Assembly: GCF_006345805.1 (NCBI RefSeq)
Contig: NC_043005.1
Span: 27,466,001-27,530,000, forward strand
Direction of reading: 5' to 3'
Length of the DNA: 64,000 nucleotides
Source of the DNA: Octopus sinensis
Lineage: Eukaryota
The notes under the pieces were generated by a model, which saw only the letters and a list, made by a program, of their open reading frames with translations, ran no database searches and was not told the origin of the DNA. This document shows, piece after piece, positions 39,728 to 54,607 of the stretch; positions within the stretch are counted from its first letter, which is position 1, and each line of letters starts with the position of its first letter. The position numbers and the translations under genes were made by a program.

Positions 39728-40489
39728 TTAAAAAAGAAATAAAAATAAAAAGTAGAAGGGTGCCATAGTTATCATGTGAATTTGGTTGAACGATATTTCG
39801 GCATCTATTATAATAATAATAATAATAATAAATATACACTGTGTTCCCAAATCAAGTGAATCATTAATAGTTATATAGAATATTACAGTAAATTTTTTTT
39901 TCATCTTTACATGTGTTGTAGTGGATGTTATTTTTTATTGTTGTTGATGTTAGCCCCTGGTCAGCAGTATTTTAGACCTATGATCAAGGGTGTTCCAGCC
40001 ATGACCACCTCGTCTTTCTCTTTGAAATACATCACTTATATAAGAGGGTAGAATGTGATTTGAAAGAGACCGTCTGTTATTTCAAACAGAGTGAGCAAAT
40101 ATTTAGAGGTTCTCTTCATTGCAGGGGATGGTAGCAGAGATGGTGTAAGGTGGTGTATATAATAATAGTAGTGGTGGTGGTTGTGGTGATGGTCATAATG
40201 GGGGTGGTGATGGTGATATGTTAGTGGAATGTGCCTGAAAAATAGTTATCACTACAGGTGTTGCCACCTGAAGATGCCTTACCCAGGGATATTCCAACAG
40301 AAGAATTGTCACCCTGCCAAAGTCAGTGGAGTTGATTCTTCAGATATGAGAATGTGTGTGTGTGTGTGTGTCTCAGTGTTGTTCTCCATGTGAAACAGCA
40401 ACAAAAGGTTTTAGCTAAGAGCAAGCTAATACAGCCTAGCATTCACTGACCTTTGACGGGGACTGTGAGCTGCAATCTTGTGGTCAAGC

Positions 40490-40975
40490 AAAATTGGATG
40501 TCGATGAATGGCTTTTGAGAGTCACGCCAAGTCATGTGGAAAGGTGGTCAGGAAGCTGAGAATTAGTGACGAGTTTAGCAAGGAATTCCATACGCAGGTA
40601 GGTGTCCAACACGACCTGGTTCCCAGTCCCCTCTACTGTTTATAACAGGATTTAGGACTGGCTGCCCACAGGAAATATTATATACTTATGACCTAGTTCT
40701 TAGAGCTATTTCTGTCAGAGATTCAGAAAAAGAATTTGAAATACGAAAGTAAAACTTGAAATTGAGAGGTGCTGAAGTAACACTTGCAAAAATATAAGTT
40801 TCGGTTCTCAGCAAAGTAATCAGGACCTGAATGCCATCTGGGGAATCAAAGTACAAAAACGGAATAAGTCAGAATTTCATGTGGTGTACTCGATATGAAG
40901 AACAATTGCTCTAGAGACGTAGAAGGGTCACAAGTAGAGTGAGAAAGAAGATTTCAATTGCGGCAGATGTACAAC
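40490..40975 (+). pseudogene. Degenerate RTE-clade LINE reverse transcriptase fragment
   Basis: DVDEWLLRV and KLRISDEFSKEFHTQVGVQHDLVPSPL resemble the GVHQGSVLSPLLF region; downstream remnants fit the L..N..KT and Cys-rich segments. Confidence 0.7.
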
Positions 40976-42399
40976 TTAGCAATGAGAGTAACCAGGAAGT
41001 AGTTTCAAATCCTTGGAAGACTCCTGAAAACAGTGAGTGGGTTTACAAGGAAGAGGGTGGGAGACATGGCAATATCTTAGTGGGGAATAGGTTAGTTCTG
41101 AATGGGGTTTAAGTAAGTAATAAGTGTATAAAACTTGCAATAAAGTTTTAATGAAAACTTCTTTCAAATATATGTGTGTGTGTGTGTGTGTGTAAAGTGG
41201 TTGGTGTTAAGAAAGACAATTCTGCTGAGGAAATGATGCAATTCTTGGATCCAGCAGATCCAGTCAAACCATCCAACCCATGCCACCATGAAATAAGAAC
41301 GTTAACTGATGATGATGTGGATTATGTTTTTTTTCGGGGGGGTGGGGGAATCATGGTGGAAAGGAATGAAAAAAAGCTGAAAAACATAGCGTAGTATGTT
41401 GATAGCTTCTGTTACTAAGGTGATCTAATTAACACCAGAAATTGGTGCCCCAGATGTGCATTTGGTACACGTTTAGCTCCATGTCAGCCCAGATCACAGA
41501 CCCAAGATCAAACGCCGCATTCCAGCTGTGAGCAATCATTCAATGCATTTCCTACAAGGGAATACTGTGAGTGGGCAGAGAGAGAGAGAGAGAGAGGGTG
41601 AGGGTGTGTTAGGAGGGTATGTTGTGGAGATGCGATCTGACAGCAACACAGTGTGCAGGGTGAATTAGCAAGGGTGAGTGGGACACAGAGAGGGAGGGGA
41701 TACAGCAAGGGGTGGGCATGGGTGGTGGAAGGGGAGGTGTTGGGAAGATGAGATGTTAGAGATTAGTCAGGGAGCATGGGCATGAACATAAAGGGCGCAA
41801 CTTTTTGGCCTCAATTTTACTTAACTGGACGGGTTTTCAAATAAATAAAATAAATAAAATAAATAAAATGGAATTCAAACAAATAAAATCCACAAAAAGA
41901 AACAGAAATTCAAAAACAATAATCAGATGAAGATGCTCGAGACAATGGAATGTTGGGCTATGTATAACATTCAAAGCCCCATTACTTAAGTTCAAATTCT
42001 GCCAGGGTAAATGCAAGGAATATCACAGACTTTTCTTCTTTTTTTTTTTTATGGAAGTGGGTGGAAAGAGTTCAATTTATGCAATCCACCTTGTTGCTTA
42101 CCGAAATTATGCCAGAGAAAACAGGAAAAGCAACAGAAAACAAAAAAAAAAAAACCCCTGTGTTTATTTAGAAATTTATATTTATTTTCTGTGAAATGTT
42201 ATTTATATAAATATGAAAACAAATATTTACAAATGCACACAAACAGATACCCACATACAAACACACACACACACATACACATTTTGGCAACATCCTTGAG
42301 GCAGATGATATGTGATATGTCTTCATAAAACTTAACCATATTTTGTAAATAAATCTTGCATGGATGAGTTATACAATGAATTAGGTACAAGTAAACAGT

Positions 42400-42800
42400 T
42401 TTTTGCTGGGTGAGGGTGGAGCATTAGCGGAACCAATAGTGTGGCAGGGAAAATAAGTACCATGTGGTAATTATTTAAGTAGGGTTCTGAGTTCAAATCT
42501 ATCTAAAGTCAAAACTTGCTTTTCATTCTTTGGGGGTTGATAAAATAGGTAACAATAAAATAATGGGGTTGAATTCATTATATTCTCTCCACTGATGTGC
42601 TGACAACTCTGCCAGCTTAAAGCCATATTATTATTGGTTTCAAATTTTGGCACAATGCCAGCAATTTGCAGGTGGGGTAAGTTGATTACACCGACTTCAG
42701 TGTTCAACTGGTACTTATCCTATCGATCCCGAAACGATAAAAAGTATAGCTGACTTCAGCAGAATTTGAACTCAGAACGTAAGAATGGACGAAATGCCAC
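42400..42800. mobile_element. Inverted pair of decayed family-B SINEs
   Basis: ttctgagttcaaat at about 42487 and mirror atttgaactcagaacg at about 42765. Confidence 0.7.
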
Positions 42801-43639
42801 TAAACAGAAAGACATTATGAGGAAAGTTTACAATTAGGGTATCTGGAAAAGGGACACATAAAAGATGAGGAAAGGAAAGGGAGAGAAAGGAGAGATAAAA
42901 GGTATACATAGTATGTAGAATATGGTAACACATGGTTGATGCAGTGCTCCTGATACAGAAGAGCTTCCAGTAAGGACCAATTAAGTAAACCCCTGCAGAT
43001 CCAGGAACACCCTGATCATCAAGAGCATAAACCCTCATCCAAATGTGGTCCTCTTATCTACAACTCTTATCTGATAGCACCACCACCACTATCATCATCA
43101 TTACTGGTAGTGTCTCATGACTGATGGCCAGGTCTTCGTCCCCACACCCCACCTGCATCACACAATCCTAACAATAACATCTGTCTGTTCAGTATTTCTT
43201 CCCACCTTTAGACTTTGCTTCCAACTTCATTAGACCACTTCACTTAAAATTAGATCAAGTAATTATACAAGTTATTGCAGGATACAAAACCCACCTACAT
43301 AACAAAACAAAAAAAAAAAAATGGCTCTGGTATTCCTTGCATTTAACCTGGCAGAATTTGAACTCAAGCAATGGGGCAGTGAGCAATTTACATGGGCCAA
43401 CATTCCATTGTCTCAAACATCTTCATCTAATTATTGTTTCTGAATTTCTGTTTCTTTTTCGTGTTTGTGGACACAAAAGTTTTACTTACTTGGATTTTAT
43501 TTCATATATCTATTAATTCATTTGAAAATACATCCAGCTAAATAAAATTGAGGCCAAAAAAAGGTGTCCTTTATATCCATGCTACCACACAATACTTGTC
43601 TTTATGTAGAATATTTTTTACCTGTTTCCAAGTAAGCGT

Positions 43640-43830
43640 TTCTCTCATGGCCAGGTATGTTTTCACAGAAGATTTGAAACAGAGGAGACCAATTGTGGCA
43701 TGGAGATGGGAGGCTGGTATGCATGGGCGACTGCTGGCCTTCCACAAACAACCTTGCTTGGACTTGTGCCTCGGAGGGTAACTTTCTAGGTGCAATTCCA
43801 TTATCATTCGTGACCAAAGGGGGCCTCCAC
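43640..43830 (+). mobile_element. Family-D SINE/LINE-tail fragment
   Basis: Reverse complement of 55245-55400 (ggaggctggtatgcatgggcgactgctggccttc). Confidence 0.7.
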
Positions 43831-45137
43831 ATACACACACATATATATTACGTACAACACCTTATCTACACCAGTTTTTCTTGCAATAAAGGACAAAATT
43901 TAAAACGTTTTGTAGACTTCTTTTTGCTTTTGGTGAAAACATTTTCTCTTCTTTCTTTTGTGCAGAACTAATTAAACATTAAAGAAAAAAAAAACTGACA
44001 ACACTGGCATTGACACATCATCAACACCATCATCATTACTGTTATTGTTCTTGTCTTAGCATACCGTACTTAAGAGATGCATTAAACAAACATGTCAGCA
44101 CTTCATCTGATCCGTTCATCTTCATACAAGTATCCCGGGATCTGATCTCAAAACCTCTTTCCTCCTCCGCATTATGCTTCAGTGTTTACCCACATCCTAG
44201 TTGTGAATGATGTTTATTTTAGACACAACTTTGCTTTACTATACACCACTATGGTGTCAATAAAGTGTAGAAATCTATCAGTTACATTAGTTGTACATCT
44301 TCAAGCAGTGCTTCTCGGTAAGCGAGGAGGGGGTGCTTGCCCCTCACCAGTGGGGTACAGTAATATTTTGGTCAGGCGCACGTTACTCCAGAATGGATCA
44401 AAAAGTAAGAAGTGAATGAAATTTTAATGTGTGTGTCTTTCTCTTCTTTTTAGTGTTAAATATGTTAAATACAACTTTTGTGAGAATTTATTCCTCCCAT
44501 ATTGTTTTCCCCCTCTTGACTTCATTATCTTCCTAATAGGTTGTGTGTGTGTACATGTGTGTATGCTTAACTACAAACTTATGGTCAAGTGCACTATTTT
44601 TTTTGTTTTTTGTGGAGGGTGAGGAGTAAAGCTGAAAAAAAAACACTACATCAGAACAATGTTTTCCATAGGGGTGGGCCTATCAGGCGAGAAAAAAGAG
44701 CCAGACAAATTACCATGTCTAATAAAAGACTACAAAGGTTATTATCCTTTAAAACTTGCCCAACACCTTGTCAAACGACAGAAGCATTATGTAAAAGCAA
44801 AGTCTATTTTGATTTCACAGAAAGGGATAGGGACACATATTTCCCAGTAACTGTTGATGGAGCTAACAGCTGTCTATCTGAGAACCACTTATATAAAATA
44901 TACACTCCCTTTCATAAATCCATGCAGTGATATTGTTAGGCACACCTGTCCAGTAAGGGAAGAGATATGCTCTCTGAAAAACATTGATGGGTGTGTCGTG
45001 GTTGGAATGTCAATCATAGGTGTTTATCTAATCAGGGATGATCTGAAGCTAAACAACAACAACCACCTACATTAGATGTGTGTGTGTAGACACACCTACA
45101 AGCTCTTTCTGATTACATGTATGCACATGTGTGTGTG

Positions 45138-45181
<44 letters not shown>

Positions 45182-45691
45182 TGCACATATATAGACATGC
45201 ATATATATACACACACACACACACATATATCATTTACTTGTTTCAGTCATTAGACTGTGACCATGCTGGGGCACCGCCTTGGAGAATTTTCAGTCAAATG
45301 AATTGACCCCCACTCCTGTACTTTTTTTATTGGCCTCTTTTGTCGAACTGTTAAGTTACAGGGACAAACACAAAGACATACACGTAAACACACATGTGTG
45401 TGTGTGTGTATGCAGTCTATTAGTATTGAATTAATAAATAATAATTAGTGTAAGTCAATCATTGTTCATCAATATTTCTCCGTTTTCTGTTTTCTTTAAA
45501 TTACGATTCTTGATAAACTCATGTCTTTACCTATAATTTATGAACATAATATACTTGCATCTGTATACCCATGGTTAAACATAGGTAATATACCAGTAGC
45601 GTAATGGATACTTTTATCCCTTAGACAATTATTTTAACCTCTAACTCAGCTAACCTTTTATATATATGTATGTATGTATGTATGTATATGT

Positions 45692-45795
<104 letters not shown>

Positions 45796-45809
45796 CATAC
45801 ATAGTTATA

Positions 45810-46040
45810 AAGGCAGTGAGCTGGCAGAAACGTTAGCACGCCGGGGGAAATGCATAGCCGTATTTCGTCTGCCGTTATGTTCTGTGTTCAAATTCTGCCG
45901 AGGTCGACTTTGCCTTTTATCCTTTCTGGGTCGATAAATAAAGTACCAGTTTCGCACTGGGGTCTATGTAATTGACTTAATCCCTTTGTCTGTCCTTGTT
46001 TGTCCCCTCTGTGTTTAGCCCCTTGTGGGTAGTAAAGAAA
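45810..46040 (+). mobile_element. Family-B SINE
   Basis: aaggcagtgagctggcagaaacgttagcacg head with complete body. Confidence 0.9.
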
Positions 46041-46084
46041 TATATATATATAATATATATATATATATCATCATCGTTGTTTAA

Positions 46085-46460
46085 TGTCCGCTTTCCATGC
46101 TAACAATGGGCTTCTTTCAGTTTCCATCTACCAAATCCACTCACAAGGCTAAAGCTATGTTTTTATTGCCATCGTTTATTGTTATTGTTATTATTATTAT
46201 TATTAATTAGCTTAGTGATTGAAGTGAGGAAATGAGGACACTTAATACTTACTGTTTTGTGAAATGAGAAATTCAACAATATCATAGGTCCCCTTCCCTC
46301 TCTATCCTCCTTCATATATATACACACACACACACTCTTCCATATATATATATAAACACAAGTAATAGAAGATACTTGCCCAAGGTGCCACACAGCGGGA
46401 CAGAACCAAGAACTATGAGATTGGGAAGCCAACTTCATACCACACAGCCATACTTGCATC
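46085..46460 (-). mobile_element. Family-A SINE fragment interrupted by a copy of nearby sequence
   Basis: SINE stops at about 46158 and resumes at about 46362; the insert matches 46984-47170. Confidence 0.75.
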
Positions 46461-47152
46461 TATACACACACACACACACGTACACACATTTATACAACCT
46501 TATATACATAGATACATATACACACACATATTTTAGATAATAATTCATTAAATAAATATGAGAAAACAAAACTAAGTCACAAAAAGATTGTTGTTTCAAA
46601 GTGCGGGGGGGGGGGGGTAGGGGAGGAAATATATGTTAAATAAGTCATTAGAAGCAGTGGGATGGGAGGGGTTACCACAAGGGAGGGGATGATTAAAAAG
46701 AAATTACCAGGTGCTTGTGTAAGTGAGACCTGAAATGACCCCCAACACCCACACTTGAGAAGGACAGCCATACCACTACCACCACCACCATTAACATCAA
46801 CAACAATACAACCCACAAACACAATAGCAAAGAAGAGGTAGTGGAGGTGGTCGCGGTGGCGGCGGCGGCAGCAGCAGCAGCAGTAGGAGTAGTAGTACTA
46901 GTAGTAGTAAATGAAATGAAGTTCAAAGATGAGAAAACTTAGCAAGCAATAAGTTCCTCAAGAATAACAAACACTGACTCACTTATGTTTTTATTACCAT
47001 CGTTATTATTATTATTATTAATAATTAGCTTAGTGATTGAAGTGAGGAAATGAGGACACTTAATACTTACTGTTTTGTGAAATATGAGAGAAATTCAACA
47101 ATATCAAAGGTCCCCTCCCCCCACCTCTCTCCTCCATATATATATATATATG

Positions 47153-47183
<31 letters not shown>

Positions 47184-47499
47184 TCAAATCAGTGTTCTTT
47201 GTTTTTATTGTAATAACAATGACTGCAACAAAAGCTAATGCTACTGTAAACACATACCAGGGAACCTAAACTTCATATGCTGGCCCTGGGGGTTGGGCAA
47301 TAGCCAAACCTAAGTGTGTTGAGATCTAATCATATGTCAGAATAAAGAATTTGGGGCTTTATATACTTGTCCCTCTGTGCAAAGTGTACAACACCCTTCT
47401 TGTGGCTGGAATCAGAAGAGTCAGGTTCGAAGGGTGTGAAAGGTGTTGTGTGTGAGGTTGAGGGTGGGGGTTGTTTCAATAAAAGATGAAGAGTGCACA

Positions 47500-47890
47500 G
47501 GTGAAAGGTGAGATCTCATCTGTTGAATTCAATATATACGTGTGTTGCCAGGGCTGCTGACTGGCTCCTGTGCTGGTGGCACATAAAAAAAGCACCATTG
47601 GAGTGTGGTCATTGCCAGTGCCGCCAGACTGGCTCCTGTGCAGGTGGCATGTAAAAAGCAACATTTGAGCGTGGCCGATGCCAGGACCGCCTGACTGGCC
47701 CTCATGCCGGTGGCACGTAAAATCACCCACTACACTTTCGGAATAGTTGGTTTTAGGAAGGGCGTCCAGCTGTAAAAACTCTGCCAAACCAGAATGGAGA
47801 CTGGTGCAGCCTCCTGGCACACCAGCCCTGAGTCAAACCGTCCAACCCGTGCCAGCATGGAAAGCAGACATTAAACAGAAAACGATGATG
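47500..47890 (-). mobile_element. Family-C RTE-tail-type repeat
   Basis: Ends in gccagcatggaaagcagacattaaac...gatgatgat; further copies at 48680, 50140, 52445, 63310. Confidence 0.75.
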
Positions 47891-48262
47891 ATAAACATGT
47901 ATGTGTCTGTAAGTACAGATGGGTGTGCATGTATGTATATGTATATACATGTGCATATGTGTGACTGTATATACACACAGACACACACACTTTCATGCAA
48001 TAGGCATAGAGATGTCAACACCATAAAGCAGTGCTAAAATAAATGTTTGCTTGTGTGTGTGTGTGTGTGTGCATACATTCATACGTATATACAGACACAA
48101 CTGCACAAAGAAAGAAAAAAAACCTACTCAACACATGCTGTGAACTGGACATTGTATATCTGTCTTAACTGTTTTGCTCCTTAGATTCACATAGCTCAAA
48201 CTTTTACAAGTATTTCTTTACACGTATGAAATTTTGAACCCAGTGAATCTAACACAAACCAC

Positions 48263-48322
<60 letters not shown>

Positions 48323-48332
48323 ATACACACAT

Positions 48333-48372
<40 letters not shown>

Positions 48373-49720
48373 CTTGGTTCAGGCTCATGATGGGATTTGA
48401 TGCCCAAAGGAGGCAAAAGACCAAGAGGAAAACTAAGGAAGTTGGGGCAGTTCTGGGACAATATGATAGTAATAGATGTCCCGAGGGGAGTTAGGAGGAA
48501 AGCAACCAACATGTTTAGAGAAGGTTCACTGCCCATTGTGTTGACAGTGTTGGAGGATATATATGTGTGTGTATATATACATATATATACATTCACTGTA
48601 TGTATATATATATATATATATATATATAGATATATATATATATAGATATATATATATATAGGTGTGCATATATTTCATCATCATCATCAACATTTAGCAC
48701 TGTTTTCCATGCTGGCATAGGTTGGACAGCTTGACAGGAGCTAACAAGGCCAGGGTCCACATCAGGTTTCCTCGTCTGTTTTGGCTTGGTTTCTACAGTT
48801 GGATGTCCTTCCTAATGTCAACCATTTTACAGAGTGTACTGGGGGGGGGGACTGGTATTTAGACGGAAGAAGTATGAAAGGAAAGTGCTCGACTCAGCTG
48901 AAGTGAGATTTGAACCAAGACCAGAAAGAGTTGAAAGTAAACACAGCAAATATATTTAGTCTGGCAGGTGTCACATCCAAAAAACTAATTCACAGCCAGC
49001 ATTCACAGTTAATATTGGACACATATGAAATTACTAAAATTACATTAAAAAAATGAAGAAAAAAAGCAGAAGAAAAAAAAAACTAGTGATACAGTAAAAA
49101 ACAAAAAAAAAAAAAGGAAAAGAAAAATACAATGTGCAATAATATTTTGCACTAAATAATCTGCAGGTTTTATTGTAAGTGTCTGCAGAAGCAGCAGCAG
49201 AAACGACAACGACTATGGTGGCGACAGAAAACATATTTTTTTGAAGTCGTTTATTTTTTTTTTAAGTCTTTTGCCAAGTGTGAAGGAGAGAGGGAGAAGC
49301 AGGGAGGGAGAGAGAGAGTGGAAAAAGAAAGAAGAGAGAGAGAGAGAGAGGGGGGAAGGAAGAAGCAGAAAAGGTAGGAGAGAGAGAGAGAGAGAGAGAT
49401 TTGGAAAACTAAAGGAAGGTGATATATTGTTTAATTAGACCTGACAGCCACAGTAGCAGCAGCTAAGAACTAACCTGATACTAGACAACAATTTGGATGA
49501 AAAGATTATAACAATGAAACAGTTATTGCATGTGTTTCTTCCTCCTGCTCCTCTTCCTTTTCTCTTTCTTTAAGTGGCTGCAACCAAGATACGCTTCACC
49601 ATGTTGTGTTGATTACCTCTGTCCAAACCCCCTTTCCTTAGCTTTTGCTGGGGTCAGCTCCTAATGTAATGCATCTCAGCCTATAACATCAATGCAGATG
49701 ATCTGTTGGGGCATGGAAGT

Positions 49721-49763
<43 letters not shown>

Positions 49764-50592
49764 CATATATATATATATGTACATACTTTATATGTGTGTG
49801 TGTGTGTGTGTGTATATATACACACACAACACATATATATATATATATATGCATATATGGGCGCAGAACGTCATGAAATGTGTAAGACAAAAAATACAAA
49901 GTATGAGTACATGGAAAATGAACTATTTTTTTGAACAACAAAAGACACAAATGGAAAACAAGACAAGCAACATAAAGAACGACCCTTCATCAGTTGTTGG
50001 CTGTTTTTCTAGTCTCGTATTTCGAGCATTTAACAACAATATATGCCTTCGATAAAACAGTTGCTCCTGCAAAGCAAATTAAATAAAATTTGAGATTTTG
50101 CGGAGGGTCAAAATTGGTAACACAAACAGGACAGTGAAAACATACATCATCTTTGATGTTGTTTAACTTCCATTTCCCAAGCTGGCACAGTTTGACAGGA
50201 GCTGTCCAGACTCCAATTGTCTGTTGTGGCATGGTTTCTATGGCTGGATGCCCTTCCTAACACCAACCACTTTACATAGTGTGGACTGGATGCGTTTTAC
50301 GTAGCACTGGCAAGAGTGCATTTTATGTGGCACCCACACCTGTAAATCACCCAAATATGGCCAGGGTATTCAGCATGATGGCAGTGGTCAGCAAGGCATA
50401 CCCTATGCTGAGATAGGATGGGAAATGTTCATTAATCTCCTCTTGGGTCTCATATGCACAGCCTAGAATGCTTTGAGCCCTTGCAAGAAACATGGAATTA
50501 CTCAATGAGGACACCATTGCAACCATTTAAATTTAGATTTAAAATGACTCCTACTTCAAATCCAGTCTAGAGTCTTTTCTTTTTCTTTTCTT

Positions 50593-50987
50593 TTTACTTG
50601 TTTCAGTCATTTTGACTGCGGCCATGCTGGAGCACCGCCTTTAATCGAGCAAATCGACCCCGGGTCTTATTCTTTGTAAGCCCAGTACTTATTCTATCGG
50701 TCTCTTTTGCCGAACCGCTAAGTGACGGGGACATAAACGCACCAGCATCGGTTGTCAAGCAATGCTAGGGGGACAAACACAGACACACAAACATACACGC
50801 ACATACATATATATACACATATACGACGGGCTTCTTTCAGTTTCTGTCTACCAAATCCACTCACAAGGTTTTGGTCGGCCCGAGGCTATAGTAGAAGACA
50901 CTTGCCCAAGGTGCCACACAGTGGGACTGAACCCGGAACCATGTGGTTGGTAAACAAGCTACTTACCACACAGCCACTCCTGCGCCT
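50593..50987 (-). mobile_element. Young full-length family-A SINE
   Basis: Most CpGs intact; nearly identical to 3755-4177. Confidence 0.9.
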
Positions 50988-51864
50988 CTAGAATGGTCTT
51001 TGATGTTATCGTTAAACCAAACTAAAGAATACCCTTGTCATCAAGTAATAAGGTATTTGATATAGGTGTAAATATGTAAACTTAAAATGAGGTTAATAGT
51101 TAACTAATAACTTTAACAAATATCCTTGGACTGAACAATGCCCCACACACCCACACATACCATGCAGGTATGTTAAATACACTCGTGTATGCCTAATCGC
51201 TCACACACATATGCTAACAAAATTGATAGACACATATCCTCACTGCTATGTGTCAATGCAGCAAAAACAGTACAAATATGTACATTTACACACACACACA
51301 TGCGCGCGCGCGCACACATGGAAGATCATGTTATATGAGAGCCTCTAAAAACGCTTGGTCCTTGAAAACAGGAGATGACAGTGGTGATCTAAGCAGACAG
51401 CTGAAGGAGCTAACAATACAAATAGCACATTGTTTACCATCCTTTCAATAGCTGTAGTAATACTGGAAGTGGTGGTGGTGGTGGTGGTGGTGGTGGTGGT
51501 GGTGGTGGTAGTAGTAAAAGTAGTAGAAGTAGTAGCAGCAGCACCAGCAGCAGTAGTACTCATACATACATAAAATTATGTATAAGAGTATTTCTAAGAG
51601 ACTTCTATAGACAAAACTAAACCAGTGCAATTAACTTGATCGCTAGATTAATTAATAGAACAATGCTTAGGGTAATGACATGCTTTATCATATCAATACA
51701 TCTTGTGATTTCATACGTGTGTCAGTTACTGGACTGCGGCCATGCTGGGGCATCATCTTCAAGGGTTTTAGTTAAAAAAACTGGTTCCAGTATTTTGGGA
51801 TATTTTTCAAAGTCTGGTACTTATTCTATTGGTTTCATCTGTTGGACTGCTAAGTTACAAGCAC

Positions 51865-52101
51865 CAGGGCTGTGGAGTCAAAACAAAAAACTTCAACTCC
51901 GACTCCTTTACTATTGGCACCTCTGACTCCGACTCCTCTTTGTTTAATTAAGTGATTGTGGTCTACATATCTCATAAAGCATATGCATACGCTTGTACTC
52001 TGAGTAGACATTGCGAGTCATAGTCCGTATAGTTTTACCGACCCCAACTCCAGCTACCCCTTAATTGTTTCTGACTCCACGACTCCAACTCGACAGCCCT
52101 G
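51865..52101. mobile_element. TIR element (probable hAT MITE) inserted in a family-A SINE (51715-52300, minus)
   Basis: cagggctgtggagtc / ctcgacagccctg ends, internal gactcc repeats, flanks acaagcac / acaatgac match at 6 of 8. Confidence 0.7.
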
Positions 52102-52854
52102 ACAATGACATAATCACACTGACACTGGTTGTCAAATGGTGGGGGGAGGGAAGTGACAAGTGCAGGCACAAAAGCACACAATAGGCTTCCACGAAGCCTA
52201 CCAGACTTACTCACAAGGCATTGGTTGGCCCGAGGCTATAGTCAAAGACACTTGTCCAAGGTGCCACACAGTGGGACTGAACCTGAGCTATTATAGACAT
52301 AACCAAATACAAAAACTTACTCCACAAGCACATGGTTCTGGGTTCAATCTCAGTGTGACACCTTGGGCAAGTGTCTTCTTCTATAGCCTCAGCCCTGACA
52401 AAGCTTTGTGAGTGGATTTGGCTGATGAAAACTGAAAGAAGCTCATCATCATCATCGTTTAACATCCATTTTCCATGCTGGCATGGGTTCGACAGTTTAA
52501 CTAGGGACTGGCAAGCCAGGAGGCTGCACCAGACTCCAATCTGAACTGGCAACGTTTCTACAGTAGGATGCCTTTCTTAATGCCAACCACTTCGCGAGTG
52601 TAGTGGGTGCTTTTTACGTGCCTAAATGCAGTGCTCCAGCATGGCCAGTCAAATGACTGAAACAAATAAGAGAAAATAAAAGATGATATAACATCATATA
52701 TCATTAGTGTATGTGTGTGTATATGTACGAGTATATATGTGTGTGTGTGTGTGTATCTCAAAGGCAGTGCTCCAGCATGGCCACAGTCAAATGACTGAAA
52801 CAAGTAAAATAAAAGAATATGTACATAGACACACATACATATCTCTTTTACTCT

Positions 52855-53230
52855 CTTTTACTTGTTTCAGTCATTTGACTGCGGCCATGCTGGAGCACTG
52901 CCTTTAGTCGAGCAAATCGAAGCCCAGTACTTATTCTATCAGTCTCTTTTGCCGAACCGCTAAGTGACGGGGACGTAAACACACCAGCATCGGTTGTCAA
53001 GCAATGCTAGGGGAACAAAAATAGACATACAAACACATACATACATATATATATATATACACATATATATGACAAGCTTCTTTCAGTTTCCGTCTACCAT
53101 ATCAACTCACAAGGCATTGGTCGGCCCGGGGCTATAGCAGAAGACATTTGCCCAAGATGCCACAAAGTGGGACTGAACCCGGAACCATGTGGTTGGTTAG
53201 CAAGCTACTTACCACACAGCCACTCCTGCG
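52855..53230 (-). mobile_element. Full-length family-A SINE
   Basis: Tail to head gccactcctgcgc; extra tail-only copies at about 52628 and 52761. Confidence 0.9.
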
Positions 53231-53939
53231 CAGAGAGAGACACACACAAACACACATATATGACTGTATGTGTGTATGCTTTTCTGCAGCCTTGTCTTGA
53301 CATCACATGATAATTGTAAACGAGTCTCACCATCACACAGGTGGTGTCGTTCATTTTTCAGTATTCTGTGAAAATGTGTTCAGTCAAGGGAAACAATGAG
53401 CTAACTCGGAAACGAGTAAGGTGTTGGTGACAGGAAGAACATTCGAGCACAGACAAATCTACCTCAACGAATTCCATCAGATCCATGTAAGCAGAGAAAA
53501 TTGAACATCAAAGAGCAAAGAAATGCAGGACTGTATACTTATACAGGTATATGCTTATGTACATATAATTCACACACACACACACACACGTACACAAACA
53601 TATCCGTTTAATGTTTAACAAGGGTTATTTACTCTACATACAATTGATCTATCCCTAAACATCTCATTATCAGATTATCTCGTTAAAGGAGGATAAAATG
53701 AGTGGCCATGGTGTGATGGTGGTGGTGGTGGCGGCGGCGGTGGCAGCGAGTGCATTTTGTAGTGGTGTAACAAACATATCTTAGTGGAGGTGATGAGGGT
53801 GGTGACAGTGGTGGCGGAGTAATAAGCTGTGTTAGTGGAGGTGGTGATAGTTTGGGTTGTGTAGGTGGTGGTGGTGGTGGTGGTAGTGGTGTAGGTTGTG
53901 ATGGTGGTGGTGGTGGTATAGGTTTTATTATTATATTAG

Positions 53940-54140
53940 CATGCGAAATGCTTAGCGGTATTTTGTCTGCTGCTGCGTTGTGAGTTCAAATTCCGCCGAG
54001 GTCGACTTTGCCTTTCATCCTTCCGGGGTCGATTAAATAAGTACCAGTTACGCACTGGGGTCGATATAATCGACTTAATCCGTTTGCGTGTCCTTGTTTG
54101 TCCTCTCTGTGTTTGGCCCCTTGTGGATAGTAAAGAAATA
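53940..54140 (+). mobile_element. Family-B SINE, 5'-truncated
   Basis: gcgaaatgcttagcgg...ccgccgaggtcgactttgcc. Confidence 0.85.
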
Positions 54141-54607
54141 GGTATAGGTTTTATTTGTGGTGGTCATGCCAGAGGTAGTAGTTTCTGGTGATGATAGCAG
54201 TACAGGTAGTAGTAGTAGTTAAAGAAGTGGCCATGGATGTAGTATAAGGCATTGTGGGGAAGGTAGTGGCAGTGGTGCTGGTTGGGAAACAATAAGCCAC
54301 ATTCAACAGATCAGCAAAAGCAGTGTCCCACCCAAATCAGCAGCAGGGGCGGGGGGCTTGTTTGGCAAGTACTTAGGAACTTCACCAGTGATGGTGCCAT
54401 GACAATAAACGGAACACCCACAAGTGAAGAATCTGGTATTAGGGAGAGTATCTCAGTTGTAGAAAGCATGCCAAAGCAGACAGCAAAGCCTGACACAGCG
54501 CTCTGTATCGTCAGTTCAAATCAAACCATCCATCATATGCAAGTGTAGAAAAAGGGGCATTAAATGACAATGACAGACACACACACACACATATATATAA
54601 ATATATA

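Noticed and set aside
48390-48560. GKRPRGKLRK as an RTE ORF2 C-terminal remnant
   Set aside because: Similarity limited to a short basic motif.
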